This document shows positions 11,801 to 32,803 of a stretch of DNA of 64,000 nucleotides, piece after piece (position 1 is the first letter of the stretch; each line of letters starts with the position of its first letter). Under the pieces are notes generated by a model that saw only the letters and a list, made by a program, of their open reading frames with translations, was not told the origin of the DNA and searched no databases. The DNA is from Neocallimastix sp. 'constans' (Eukaryota): NCBI GenBank assembly GCA_050613775.1, contig JBODTK010000127.1, positions 248,001 through 312,000 of the forward strand, given 5' to 3'. The translations under genes and the position numbers were made by a program.

Positions 11801-12944
11801 CTACGGATAATGGAGTCCAATTTACTTCAGACTTTACTAAAATTTTTCGAGATCTTTATGATGTGTACGTAAAGTTTACAAATACATACCATCACGAATC
11901 CAATGGCCTCACAGAAAATAGGAACAAGAAATTAAGTAAGTATTTAAGGCTTTTAGGAAAAGAAAATGAAGATTGGGACCAAATACTACCTGTGGCATTA
12001 TGGGCCTTAAGAACTGCAAAGAACACTACTACCAAACATTCAAGCTTTGAACTTCTGTATGGACGCCTTGACCATCAACCTTTTGAGTTGTTGATTACAA
12101 GAAATGTTACTCCTACAACTAATAAATCCCAGGATGAAATTCTTATAGAAAAATTTGTGGATCATTATAAGTGGATTAAGGAAACTTGTGAAAATGTTAA
12201 GAATGCAAACGAATATTGGGCCACAAGAAGAAGCGAAAAGAATTCTATGAATGAAACCAAGAACATGAGACCAGGTGATAAGGTATATGTGAGGAACTTT
12301 TCAAGAACTAAGCTACAATCATATTTTGTGGGCTCCTTTGAAGTAGTAAAAATTCAATTTAATGCAGCCACCTTATCAGATCCTAATACTAGTGAGCTGG
12401 TGAAAAGGAATATACATTTTAAAAATTTAATAAAAGAATAACTTGTCTAAAGCCAAGTTTTTAAGGAGGACATCTTGTTAAGGAATGGAAATAAAAACAT
12501 AATTCAAAGTGAATTTTTATTTTTATTCTTATAACCTTTTGTAATATATTTTATTTACTATTAATAAAGTTAATAATTAGTATTATATTCCTTTATTCTT
12601 TATTTGTATATATCAAACTTTGTTTATAGTTTAAATTAATTTAGTTTACTTTAATTTTAATTATAGTTAGTTTTAGTCATATTATTAAGATAAATTTATT
12701 TTTTTATTTCTTAAAATAAACATTATGATTATTTTATTATTAAAAATAATTCTTATTATATTTTTATAATAAAAATATTATATTTCCGATAGTTAATTAA
12801 ATAGTTTAATTATAAAAATTATTATAAAAATAAGTAATTTTTCCTTGTAAAGTAATTATCGAAAAATCATAATTAATTATTAATAAAGAAAATCAAAATA
12901 AAATAAAACATTATATATATATATAAGTAATTATTATTTTTACA
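8840..12944 (+). mobile_element. Degenerate Ty3/Gypsy element 2 (gag, protease, RT/RH remnant, integrase, PPT, 3' LTR)
   Basis: Zinc knuckle CWFCSNEGHTKRNC (8883-9221); degenerate protease motif [20 protein letters not shown] near 10480; integrase 11420-12441; PPT AAGGAGGA then TGTTA at 12476. The LTR right end is uncertain. Confidence 0.85.
10667..11419 (+). mobile_element. Nested chromovirus-type 3' fragment plus LTR
   Basis: FHVSLFEPY followed by a chromodomain-like start (ERINDMKRFNGKNFYLVS); then a TGTAAC...TTTACA block at 10917-11419, after which element 2 resumes. Confidence 0.6.
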
Positions 12945-13042
12945 ACCCGACTTTACCATTAAATTTTTGTTTTGAATGTTTATTGAAAAATTTAACTAAA
13001 TATTAAAATTTTAAAAATAATAAAATAACTATATAATAATTA

Positions 13043-13185
13043 TATCGCGTAGGATGCTTCTATAGTTTCTTTGCTTATGAGGAGTTTAGAGCGCCGACAC
13101 CATACCGGTATGGTGGTTAATCATACATCCATATTTATATATGGAGGAAACAAAAGTCTTCAGTCCATAAAAAAAAAAAAAAAAA
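13043..13185 (+). mobile_element. Possible 5'-truncated LINE 3' end
   Basis: GC-richer island with a frame ending ...PYRYGG*, two hairpins (perfect palindrome CACCATACCGGTATGGTG) and a poly(A) run. Confidence 0.35.
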
Positions 13186-15121
13186 TTGTCAAAATGATAT
13201 GGTAAGGAGTTTCCATTACTAGTCCTTCAAGTATGTCTTATACATATAGTAATAATTATTCTTCACTCAATATAAGAATTGAATCTCTAAGTTTAGTGGA
13301 AAACATACTATAATCATAAATATACATTAATTCTTTATTATATTAAATATATTTTGATAAAATGATTTCAATACTTAAAAAATTCGCTTTATTTTCTTTG
13401 TATTATATAACTTTATTTTTAATAAAATTTAATTTTTTATTATTCTATTCCATTTACTCATTTTTTTTATTTATATTTTTATATGATAATATATTTATAA
13501 TGTATTTTTCATTTACAATGTATATAATATATTAATATTAGTTATTATTTAATAAACCAATGAAAAGTATATTCTTTTCATTGTATAATAATATTAGTTG
13601 TTGTTGTTGTTGTAATAGTAATTGTTGTAGTTGTAGTTGTCGTAATAGTAATTGTTGTAGTTGTAGTTGTTGTAGTAGTGTAAAGTTTGCGGACTGAAAC
13701 ATTCCATATATATATATATATATATATATTTGGCAAATACTTTTATAATAATAATTCAAAAAAAAAAAAAAAAAATATTTATGAAATAAAAAATTTAAAT
13801 TTAATTTTAATAATGAAAGTCTTTTATAAATTTAAGATATAAATATATTAATAATTAAATTTTTTATTATAATAAAATATCATAATAAATTCTTATAACA
13901 TATATATCATAAGACATATAAAGTAATTATAATCATAAACATATTTATATATGTAAATATTAATTTTTCTTATTCGGATTTCGGAAAAGACATTATTTTA
14001 ATAATTAATTACTACTATATAAAAATATAAAAAAAAAAAGATTGTAAACTTTAAAATGTATTATTCCAATAGGAAATAATATAAAAAATTAAGAAATTAA
14101 GAATACTTTTTGTAAATTACTTTGACAATAAAAACTATTAATTGTTTTATAAGTGTTATGAAAGTATACTTAATTTTATATTTTAAAAAAATTTAATAAT
14201 TTATGTATATAAAATATTACATATTATAATAATATGTAAAAATTTTTTTTTTTTACAATTATAATTTTTAATAATATTATACAATTTAATATATTGATAC
14301 ATATATTATTAAATTAAATACTAATTCTAATTTTTATTTCAATAAGATTTATTTTATAGTAATTAATCTTTTATTTTTTTTAGTATTAATTATTTTCTTT
14401 AAAAAATAATAGTATTTAAGAAAAATTGAAAAGTAAAAAATAAAAGATACAAGTTTTTTCTATAATTTTTTAATTTAATGTAATATCTCTATAAAAAATT
14501 TTTTTATTTAAATATAAATTTTATGAAATAAAGGATAGAATAGAAATTTATAATTTTAATATATTTGAATAATGAATAATGAATCATTACTTCATAATTA
14601 TTTGTTGAAGCATTTATATATTTATCTTTTAATTATTAGTAAAATAGTAAAATAAGAAGTTGTTAATAATATAAGTAGTTTTAATATCATTATTAATATC
14701 ATTATTAATATCATTGATATCATTATTAATTAAATTACTATTATTGATTTAGCATATAAATTTGAAATTTATATTTTTTAAAAAAATTATAAATAATAAA
14801 TTACACAGTGTTTAATATTAAAGTCAAAATGATTTTTATTAAAAATAAATAATTGATTAATTAATTAATAAATTAATCATTTTTTATTTATTTTATTTTA
14901 AAATTTTAAAATTTTTTGAAATGAATAATTTACAATAACACAAAATATTTAAAATATTTTTTATTTCTATATACATAAATTCGAAGAGTATTATTAATTA
15001 TTCCTAATATAAGTAATTCATTTTAATAAACATTAAAATTTATATGAAGTCAGAAATATAAGTATATAAAATTTCTATTTTAATAAACATTCTATTTATA
15101 TATATGCATATTTAGTAAATA

Positions 15122-16868
15122 ATGCAATTTCTTGCAAGTAAATTTCGAAGTCAACCTGTCGCTCAACCAACAGGGGCAGAATTAGTTGATAAATATTGTG
15201 ATAGAGCTACACATGCAACATTAATAGAAGATAGGAGAGCTGCAGTTCTTGGTTTAAAAGGATTAGCTCATGAATATAAACTTGTAAAATATAAATTAAA
15301 TAGATATAATATAAATATGATAGTATTAACTTCAAATTTAATATATTAATGATAGGATGTAGGTATAAAAGGAATGTCGGTTTTACTAGATATATTAAAA
15401 CAAGATATTATGGATTCAGAAATTACAAAAGCTGTTCTGGAAGCATTAACCATTTTATGTTCACCTGAAGTAAATTACAATTATATATATTAATTTAATT
15501 TTTTAAACATATATATTTATTTTTTTTTTACTTTTTATTTTTCTTTTTTACTTTTTATTTTTATTTTTATTTTCTTCTTTATCATTGTTTTACATTTTAA
15601 TTTTATTTTAATTTATCTTATTTTATTTTATTTTATATTATTTTGTTTATTAATTTATTTTTTTATTTATTATTTTTATTATATTTTATTTGGTTTTATT
15701 TTATTTTATTTTATTTTATTTTATTTTATTTTATTTTATTTTATTTTATTTTATTTTATTTTATTTTATTTTATTTTATTTTATTTTATTTTATTTTATT
15801 TTATTTTATTTTATTTTATTTTATTTTATTTTATTTTATTTTATTTTATTTTATTTTATTTTATTTTATTTTATTTTATTTTATTTTATTTTATTTTATT
15901 TTATTTTATTTTATTTTATTTTATTATTATTTTATTATTATTATTATTTTTTTTTTTTTTATTATTTTTTTTTTTTTTGTTTGTTTGTTTGTTTTGTTTT
16001 GTTTTGTTTTTTGTTTTTTGTTTTTTATTTTTTTGATAAAATAAATAAGTCAATTAAATATAATTTTGATTTTAAATTAAGATTAAACTAAATATAATAA
16101 TATTTATATGTACATAATGAATAAATTAAAGGATTCAGATGAAAAAGAAGAAACAGAAACAAAAAATAAAGAAAAGGATGACCTTAGCATTCAATTCACT
16201 GAAATTTTAATAAAAGTACTTTTATTAATATATCTGTTAACATTTTTATTTTTATATAAGTTAATTATTTAAATTATTTTATTAAAATATAATTAATTAT
16301 AAAAAACTAATGTATATTATTTATTTTAAGGATCCAAAAAATGTTACAACTTTACTTCAAGCTCTAGAAGGAAATGATTTTTATGTAAGATATTTTACAA
16401 TTCAACTTTTAAATGCTCTAATGAACAATAAGCCAAATCAACTTCAAACATGTATTTTAACAAGTCCAATGGGTGTTTCAAGATTAATAGATTTATTAGA
16501 TGATAAAAGAGAAATTATAAGAAATGGTAATTTTTAATCAATATCAAAAAAAAATAAAAACTAAAAATAAGAAAAACTTGAATAAAAAAAAAATTGATTA
16601 ATATTACTTTTACGTTAATTCTTTATTTAATAATTTAATAATTAAATAAATATATATAGAGGGACTTTTGCTTTTAATTTCATTATCAAGATCTAATGCT
16701 GAAATTCAAAAAATCATTGCATTTGAGAATGCATTTGAAAAATTATTAAGTATTATTTTACAAGAAGGTGTAACAGATGGTGGTATTGTTGTCCAGGATT
16801 GTTTACAATTAACACATAATCTTTTAAGATATAATGTTTCAAACCAGGTATTCAAATTATTATATATG

Positions 16869-16902
<34 letters not shown>

Positions 16903-16934
16903 CTGTGAAGTGAAATAAGTAAAATAATTATATA

Positions 16935-16980
<46 letters not shown>

Positions 16981-18618
16981 GAATTTATTTAGAGAAAGTA
17001 GTTGTATTCAAGTTTTACCAAAGTTATTGGTTTCAAGAGTTCAAGGACCTAAAAATACACTTAGAGAAATTAGTTTAATTGACCCAGAAAATGAATGGAC
17101 GGATCAAAAAATTATTAATGCAACTTTAATATTAGGTCTCATTAGAATTTTAGTTGTGCCAAATAATCCAAATACAACTGTTAATCAGGTAATAAAAATA
17201 AATAAAAGATATGCAATGTTTTTTTTTTTTTTTAATACATATAATAATTTTATACATATATATAATTATTACATTAATTATGTTATTTAGAATGTAATGT
17301 TTCAATGTAAAATTATGGATATATTAATCGATCTTGCATTTTGTCCAAGAATTCCAAATAAATTAAAGTGTCAGGCATTTTATGCTATAGCAGATATTAT
17401 TAGAGGAAACACCACAAATCAAGATTCATTTGCAAAACATGTTATAAGAAGTGGCGAAGTTATTGATCCAACTTCACCGGTTATTACCTCACCTCGTAGA
17501 ACAAGATCTCAAAGTAAATTTGATTTAGCTCCACCACCATTACCAATACTTTTAATATTAGTTCAGATAATATTAACTCCATCAAAAAATGATGAATTTT
17601 CGATTAGAGCAGCAGCGGCTTATACTTTTCAAGTAAATATAAATACTATAATATTATACACAAATAAAAGTTTATTAATTATATTTCATTAATATTTAAC
17701 AAAAAAAATTTTAAATATTATCGAATCTATAGTGTTATGTTAATAATAATCCTGATGGACAGTTGGCATTACTTACTACATTAATGCCACCACCAGAAGA
17801 TAATCCAAATGATGAAATAAATGGTAAAATTTTAATATTATTTAATTAATCAAATTAAATATTTATTTATTTTTATTTATTATTTATTTATTTTATTCAT
17901 TTGTTTATTATTTATTTCTTTTTTTTTTTTTTTTCTTTAAGATAAACCCCAAACCCCCGGTACTATTATATTATCATCATTATTAGAATGGAATACAACA
18001 AGAAAAGATCCATATAAAACATGGTTTGCAGCTGTTTTATTATCTCATATTTTAATGAAAAATGAACAATGCAAATTAATGGCATTAAAACTAAATTTAT
18101 ACGAATATGGTATATTAATAATTTTATAATTTAACCTTCTTTGAATAAATTTAATAATAAATAATAACATATATATATATATATATTGAATTCTTTTTGC
18201 AGATGAACAAATTTCATTATTGCATAAATGTATGTATTCATATATTACAGCAACTAAAGAGAATGTTGACGTCCGTGTTCTTATTGGATTTTTATGTCTT
18301 ATTGCAGTATGGCTTTATGATTGTCCAAAAGCGGTTAGTGAGTTTTTAAAAGAAGATGCTCATATATCCATTCTCATTGAAGAAATTATTCAAAGTTCTG
18401 ACATTGATATTGCAGTTCAAGGTTTAGCAGCCTTTTTATTCGGAATCTGTTATGAATTTAATGATGGATCAGAACCGTCATTTTCTAGGTAATAATCTTA
18501 TAGAAATACTAATACTATATATGACGTTATTAGCAAAACTTTTATAATAGTAATAATATTAATATTAATATTAATAATATTATTATTATATTATTTTATT
18601 TTATTTAATTAATTAATT

Positions 18619-18691
<73 letters not shown>

Positions 18692-20781
18692 TAATATATA
18701 TCATTAATTAAATATTTTATGTTTATATGTTAGGGAAAAAATCCAACCAATTGTATTAAATAGAATTGGTGCTGATGTTTTTATATCAAGATTTGAACGA
18801 TTAAAAGAATCTGAATATATTGAAAAAGTTTCACCATATTTACAAATAATTGTAATATAGCCTATTTTATATATATATTATAATTAAATTTATAATAAAT
18901 TATTAATGTCAATAAATTCTATTTATTTAATTTAATATAATAAAAGGCAAAAGATGTTACTTCAAAAGATAATTTACCAAATTTATATTTTGATTATTCA
19001 TTTATAGAGTTATTTAAATCGGCATATGGTAGTTAAGATATTTCAAATATTAATAATAATGATTATTAATGAAATTTTATTATATGATTAATTATATTAA
19101 TATACATATTTATTTGTATTTAATTTGACTAAAGGTAATATTTCAAGATCTATTATTGAACCTAACAAAGAAGGTGATTATTAATATATTCTGTGATTAA
19201 ATTATTCTTAAGTTAAAAATAATTATTGGACTGCTAATTCATATATTAACATTCTACTTATCAATATTTTATTTTTTAGAACCTGATACTGTAGCTATTG
19301 CAATGTTAAAAAATAAAATAGAGGAACTAGAGAAGAAGATAACAACATTAAATAAGGAATCTGAAGAAAAAGACAAGAAATATGAAGAACTTGTAAAAGA
19401 TGTATGAAATATAAGTACATTCAATTAAATGTACTTATATTAGTTTTATATACATAATTATTATTTGTTAAATTATAATTATTAATATGTATTAATGTGT
19501 AAACCTTTATATATATAAAGAATGAAAATTATCAATCAATAATTAATAAACAGAACGATGAGTTAAAACAAAAGAGTGAAATGATTTCAAGTTTAGAAAA
19601 AAAATTATTAGATCAAAATGTACAATCTTCAAATAATATTCAAGAATTAGAAAATAATCTTAAAACAAAACAAGATCATATTAATCAACAAAAAAATAAT
19701 CAAAGATCTCAACAAATTGAATCTGAAAATTATTCTTCAAATCTTCAATTAATTGAATTAACAAATAAGAATAATGAATTAATAAAACAATTAGAAAAAC
19801 AAAAACTACAATATAAAGAATTAGAACAAGAACAAGATGATTTATTAGTTTGCCTTGCAGAACATGATTTAGAAATTAAAAAATTGAAATTGAAATTAAT
19901 TGATTACGGGGAAAAAGATATCATTATTGATGATGATGACAGTGATGATGATGAAAATAATGAAGAACAAAATAACAATGATGAAAATAATGAACAAAAT
20001 AACAATGATGAAAATAATGAAGAACAAAATATCAATAATATTTCTGAAATTAATCAAGAATCAAATAAAATTGGTAAGTGTAATGTATAGATATAATTTT
20101 TTCTTTTTTTTTCATCTCTTAATTTAATCATATTTTAATTTAATCTATAATAAAGAAAATACAAAAGTTAATACAGAGGCCGAATTAACTATGGATAAAA
20201 CTAATGCTAATGATATTAATCAAACTAATAATGTTTTAGAATCACCAGTCAATTATAATAATGGTAATAATAATAATAATAATAATAGTAATAATAATTT
20301 TTCTGTTCAGTCAGAAATTGAAAATCAAAAAAATATAAATCAAAGTGAATCATTTGTAGGCAGCAACATAATTAATACTAATCCTTCACATGTGTTATCA
20401 CCACAAAATGTAAATCCTTCTATATATTTGCCAACTGATTCTCTATTAACACCACAGAATGTACCAATTAATAATATTAATAGTGAGAGTCCACATCCAT
20501 CCTTAAATTCATCATTAGCATCACCTCATTTAAATACTTTTACACCACCACCATTAGCAAGTATACAACAAACTGAATTTAATAGTTCATCATCGTCACC
20601 AAAAACAAATAATAGCCTTCCTCCTCCGCCAAACGATTTACTTATACAACAGCAAGGTGGATATAATTATAATTCTCGTCGTCATAATCGTCATCAATAT
20701 GCAAACTATGTTCCAAATGTGTCTTTCTTACCTCAAACACAATTTAATAATAATAATAGTATTAATAATAATGAAAATTAG
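15122..20781 (+). CDS. USO1: Uso1/p115 vesicle tethering protein (multi-exon)
   Basis: EDRRAAVLGLK, DFYVRYFTIQLL, PMGVSRLIDLLDDKREIIRN, IQKIIAFENAFE, DGGIVVQDCL, C-terminal coiled coil EQDDLLVCL and an acidic stretch; GT-AG introns. Confidence 0.93.
15693..15925. repeat. (TTTTA)n microsatellite in USO1 intron
   Basis: Read directly from the sequence. Confidence 0.95.
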
Positions 20782-20859
20782 TATATATAATATATTTCTT
20801 TTGTAAATTTAAATTATTAACATGATAAATAATTTATTTTTGCAAAAGAAACATACTAA

Positions 20860-20898
<39 letters not shown>

Positions 20899-21104
20899 CG
20901 ATGTTATTTAATAAAACAAATAACAAATAAATAAATATAAAAATATAATATGAAATTAAAGAATAATAATATATTTAGAAAATATATTTATATTATAAAA
21001 TAGTAATAAAATAAAAAAAATAATATAATAATATAATAATATAATATGATATAATTTAAATAATATATATTGTAAAAAAGAAAAACAACCAAACAAACAA
21101 GCCA

Positions 21105-21151
<47 letters not shown>

Positions 21152-21429
21152 ATTAAATATATGAACTAAAAAATTATAAATTTTTGATATATCTCATAGA
21201 GAAAATGAAATATTAATATTATTCATGACTATATTAAAAGAAATGATAATAATAATAATAATAATAAAATAAAATAAAATAAAATAATTATTAAAGCATA
21301 TACAACTAAATTAAAATGACTAAAATATTTAATTAAAATTGATTTTTTATTTAATTGTTTATTTAATTTTTACTTTTTCCTTTATTACTTTATTAATAAT
21401 TATTATAAAATTACTAAAGAATATTATTA

Positions 21430-22181
21430 TTCTCTATTAGATTTATTATTGTCTTAATAATTCATAATTTGCAAATGGTACTGAATCTTTATATTTCTCT
21501 TTTTGTAAAATTATCTTTTTAACATTTCTTCAACTGTTCCAGTTTAATTTATAATTCCCTTAATCTTAGATCTTTTATTCTTTTTGGATGTACCTATACA
21601 TAATATTTTTATTGATTAAAATAAAATATTTTACAATATAAAAATATAAAATTATTTTTACCGATGTTTTCATATATGTATATTAATTTGGAAATTTTGG
21701 AAGATATTTTAGTAAATATTTTGGAAAATTGTTTAGTTTTTAGTAGGTCTAACTATTAGTACATCAATTTCTTTTATACTTTGGCATAGTATTGTTTCTA
21801 TAAATTTTTATTATTTAATTTTAATTATTTGAGATATTTAGGTAAGATTATTATTATGTAATTGAATTGTAATTAAATCCTTAATGTTATTATCATTAAT
21901 ATCCTTAAATCATAAAAACTAGTCATACATCATCCAATTAATTATTATTAATATTATTAGTATTAGTATTAGTTTTATTATAATATTTTTGAAAAATACA
22001 TGGTATAAAAATATCCCAAGAATATGCTAACACACTTTCTGAAATTTACTTATCCTATTGAATTGTATATTTTTACAGCTATATTTTTATTATAACAACT
22101 TATATGGTCAAATGAAGATTGATTATTATTAAAATTTATATCATTATTTATATTGTTTGAATTATTTTTAATGAATGTCAT
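21430..22181 (-). pseudogene. TAF8-like (TFIID subunit 8) pseudogene retaining introns
   Basis: PKYLLKYLPKFPN*YTY, then a GT-AG intron, then VHPKRIKDLR...VEEMLKR, resembling the TAF8 C-terminal domain; many stops and frameshifts. Confidence 0.5.
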
Positions 22182-22872
22182 TTTTATATATATTAGTTTA
22201 AAATTTAATAATGCTTATTTTCAAATTAAAAATAAAAAATAAAAAATAAAAAAAAAAAAAATAAAATAAAATAAAATAAAATAAAATAAAAAATAACATT
22301 ATTTGCATTATTATTATTAGTATTAGTATTATCAGTATTAGTATTAGTATTAGTATTATTATTATTATTATGATTATGATTATGATTATTATAATTATTA
22401 TGATTATGATTATGATTATGATTATGATTATGATTATGATTATGATTATGATTATGATTATGATTATGATTATTAAAATAATAATTAAACGAAATAAAAT
22501 AATAAATATTTATGTAATAAAAATAGGTATATTTAATAATAAAAAAAATATTAATTATTAATTTTTTTTAAGATTACATATATAAAAATTTTTTAATTTA
22601 GTATGTTGAAATAATTTTATGAATAAAATATATATATATATATAATTGTTGAATTTTCATTTTTTAAACAATTTAAATTTTAATTAAACATTTCATGGGT
22701 ATTTTTATTTATTGAAAAATAACTATAATTATATAACAATAATAACTATTTTTATTATTACTATTTAAAAAAAAAAATGAAAAATAATTCATATTAAACT
22801 AAATATATATAGTAATATATATATTTAGTTAATTTATATTATTATATATATTTAAAATAATCTTTATAATAT

Positions 22873-24413
<1,541 letters not shown>

Positions 24414-25062
24414 TTTTAGTGAGTTTTTACTAGTTCTACTTATTATAGTACAAAAATTATAATTATACGTCAGAAATAATATATATAAAATTTTCTTTTT
24501 AAAAAAAAAATAAATAACATAATACATATATAATTTTATAATTTATATAATTATATAATATATTAATTATTAATTTTAATTATTATTTTTTTTTCGGAGT
24601 TATGTATTATTAAATAATTAACAATAGTTATATAAAAATTTAAATAAATAGTTTTTTTATCATTACAAAGAATTTATAGTAAATTCAGGAAATTAAATTT
24701 TATACAGTAAATAGATTATGGTATTATTGAATTGTAAACTTATTTTATGAAATTCATAATGACACTAAAATTTAAAGAAAAAAGATATTAATTTATTATT
24801 TATTGAATGCATATTAAATTTTATACATACCCAAATAGTATTAAGATATTAAGCCTTCGTTTAAAGTAAATTAATATAATTTAATTATAATTATTGTTTT
24901 ATAATTTAAAAACCAAATATTTTATATATTTTGTATATCTTAAAAAATAATAGATAAAATTCATTTTTTTAATAATTTCTGTCAGCTTTCCCATTATTCA
25001 TTTTAAATATGTTATTTTATAATGCATTTCATTATTAAAATTTAATTATTAAAGGTAATATT

Positions 25063-25095
<33 letters not shown>

Positions 25096-26001
25096 TAGCA
25101 GTAATAAATATATTTATTTAATGGTATTTTGAATAAAGTTGATAACTATTCCAATTTTTTAAGTTACCTTTATTAATTTATTTTTAATTTAAAGAAAAAT
25201 AAATAATACAAACAAAAAAAAAGAAAAAACTTCCAATAAAACACATGACGCTTTAAATATCTCTTACTAGATAAAGATTAAAATAATTATTTTATAGAAT
25301 TATTTATTTCTTATTATGACCTCCATTAATAACAATAATAATTATATAAACTTTATATATATTAAATTTATGTCATGTGATGTACATATTTTTATGATAT
25401 TTTATAACATCCAAAATCCAAAACTGGTATAAAATAAGCTATGCAATTTAAATAGTATTTCAACATAAACATCTAAACATTATACAAATCAAATAATGAT
25501 TTCCTTCTTTTATATTAATATATTTTAATATATAATTTATTTTTTATTTTCTAAAAATATATTTTTTAAATTTCGCTAGACTCTAATACTCTATATTTAT
25601 AAAAAGGAATTAAATGAAATAATACAATCTTTAAATATCCTTATGAAATTCATTTAATATTTATATAAAATGTGCAAATTATTTATCATTTATTATCATA
25701 TGATGTATAGTAATAATATTAATTTAAAAATAATTAATTTATAATCATTATTATATTTAAAATATTATTATATTCTCTTTTGTATCAAATAATACTAAAT
25801 ATACATTTTAAAAAATAAATAAATTTAAATCAATACTAAATTTTAGATATATAATTTAAAACTTGATTTAATTTAAACATCAAAGCTTTATTTATTATTT
25901 TTTTTTTTTAAAAAAAGGTGATTTAATAAAATAGAAAAAAAATTTCTATTTTATTAAATCACCTTCTTTAAAATATCTTTAAACGTTTAATTATTAATAA
26001 T

Positions 26002-26052
<51 letters not shown>

Positions 26053-26449
26053 CTATTTATTATTTATTATTACTTATTTATTTATTTACTATTTATTATT
26101 TATTATTACTTATTTATTTATTTACTATTTATTATTATTTATTATTTATTTAGTTATTATTATTTATTTAGTTACTTATTTAATTATTCATTAAATTAAC
26201 TTCTAAATAAAATAAAATCAACAATCTTTAAAAAAATAAACATTTTATATTTATTTAAAAAAAATTTTTTAAAATTTATCAAATTTTTATATTCATCACC
26301 AACTAGTTTTTTTTTTAAAAAAAAAAAATATAAAAAAAAAATCACAAACTAGTAATAAAAACAATTAATAATAATCTTTTAATTAGTTTTAATTGCTTTT
26401 AATTTTAAATAATATTTTCTTATAGTTTTTTTAATTGTTATTTATTATT

Positions 26450-26745
26450 TTTATTTATTATTTATTAATTATAATTTATATTTATTATTTATTATTTATT
26501 ATTTATTATTTATTATTTATTATTTATTATTTATTATTCAATTATTATTTATTATTTATTATTTATTATTTATTATTTATTATTTATTATTTATTATTTA
26601 TTATTTATTATTTATTATTTATTATTTATTATTTATTATTTATTATTTATTATTTATTATTTATTATTTATTATTTATTATTTATTACTTATTATTTATT
26701 ATTTATTATTTATTATTTATTATTTATTATTTATTATTTATTATA
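26450..26745. repeat. TTATTTA-type simple repeat
   Basis: Read directly from the sequence. Confidence 0.85.
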
Positions 26746-27230
26746 TTTTTAACATATATAATTTTTTAACTTAAATATAAATTTAATATTATAAATTAAA
26801 ATTAATAAATAAAATTAACATTCCATATATATCTATAATTAATTTTAAAAAAGATATTAATATTTTTCCTAATAAACATTTTGCTTTTTTTTTTGAAGTC
26901 TCTATTTTATTTTTAATTATCACTTTATTATTATTAATCGCCTTATAATTTTTGACAAAAATGTTTTAATGCTTATAATAAAAGTTATAATTATATAAAT
27001 TAAGAATTAAGATAATGTAATAATTATTTATAGCGTATTTTAAATTAAAATATTATTAATATATTATAATAATATTAATCATTTAAATTAATCATTTTAT
27101 ATTTTTTTTGTTTTTTATATATCTTATTCAATAAAATTATGAAAATATTAATTTAAAAAAAATACGATAATATTAAAAGAAATAAAAATAAAAATAAAAT
27201 AGGATATAATATTTATATATATTATATATT

Positions 27231-27269
<39 letters not shown>

Positions 27270-27331
27270 TATTGAATAAATAGCGTAAGAATTATAAATT
27301 TCAAAATTAATATATATAAAATTAATTTATT

Positions 27332-31287
<3,956 letters not shown>

Positions 31288-31359
31288 ATTTATAACAACA
31301 TAAATAGTTATAAATTATAATGAATTAAAATAGTTTTTTTTTTAAAAAAATATAAAAAA

Positions 31360-31424
<65 letters not shown>

Positions 31425-31871
31425 ATAAAAAATAAGAAAATATGAATAGCAATACTAAACAATTTTTATTATTTCAATATACTTTAATAAATTATATATA
31501 TAATACTCATAGTTTAATATATATATTAAGCTTCATTAATACTTTTTATAGTATTTATAATATATAATTTATAATAATTATATTTAAATTATATTTAATT
31601 ATTTAAAAACCAATTACATTTTATAATTGTAATTATATGTTAATAAAAAAGAAACATTTAAAAGAAATAAATATATATATTTAATAATAAAAATTTTAAT
31701 TAATATATCTTAATTTTTTTTCAAATTTACAGTATAAGAATTTTAAATATTAATTTAATTTAATTAATATTTAAAATTCTTATTAATTATAATAGAATTA
31801 TTACTTCTTAATGATTATTTCTTCGAAACTTTTTAAATATTTAGATTTTACTATAATTATATTCAAAATCG

Positions 31872-32095
31872 TTATTTAATTTAACTAGGATTTTTCTATG
31901 ATTAAATTATAATTCTATAATTTTATTGGCATTAAAAATATTAAATTTATTATCATTTTTATTAGTAGTATTAGTATTATTAAGTATTATTTAATTTAAC
32001 TAGGATTTTTCTATGATTAAATTATAATTCTATAATTTTATTGGCATTAAAAATATTAAATTTATTATCATTTTTATTGGTAGTATTAGTATTAT
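31872..32095. repeat. Tandem duplication, unit about 116 bp
   Basis: TTATTTAATTTAACTAGGATTTTTCTATG... occurs twice in tandem. Confidence 0.85.
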
Positions 32096-32580
32096 AATTA
32101 TTATATTTATTACTATTAATAATATTATTAAATATGATTATAATTAAAAATATAAAAATAATAATAATAATAATAATTATTAAATTTTAACTTATTTTCA
32201 TACTTTTAATTGTACAAATAATTTTATTAATAATAAATCATAATCTGTATTATATGATACACTTTTAATTAAATGAAATTATATCATCATAAATTAATAA
32301 AATGAAAAGGTTAAAGTAAAAATAGTAAATTGTATTATTAGTGGTTTAATCTACTAAAAATAATCTTATTAAATAATTTTAAAATTCAAGTGATCCATAA
32401 TATCTTCATAAATTTTTATAACGATTATATTGAATTTGAAATTTTAAAAAGTTAAAGCCTGTAAATAATAAAATTATTGAAACTATAATGTTACTAATTA
32501 ATAATTAATAAATATAATTTTTAATTATAATTAAAAATGCTATAATTATAATATATATAAATGATATTTCATTTATTATT

Positions 32581-32628
<48 letters not shown>

Positions 32629-32803
32629 ATAAAAAGAATTGTATTCTCTTTATTTTTAAAATTATTAGTATTATATTTATTAAATATAATATAATATACC
32701 ACTTAAAAAATATTTTTTTTAAGAAAAAAAAATTAAATTTTTAAGAAACTCACTAATAAAGATTTTATATTATTATTATAATATAAAATATTAACTAAAA
32801 AAA

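Noticed and set aside
13538..13759. Gln/Leu- or Thr-rich short ORF
   Set aside because: Low-complexity ACA/ACT repeat with no supported gene structure.
15643..16091. ORFs of FYFIL repeats (also 22370, 23524, 26435, 27423, 43688, 62267)
   Set aside because: Translations of stop-free microsatellites, not genes.
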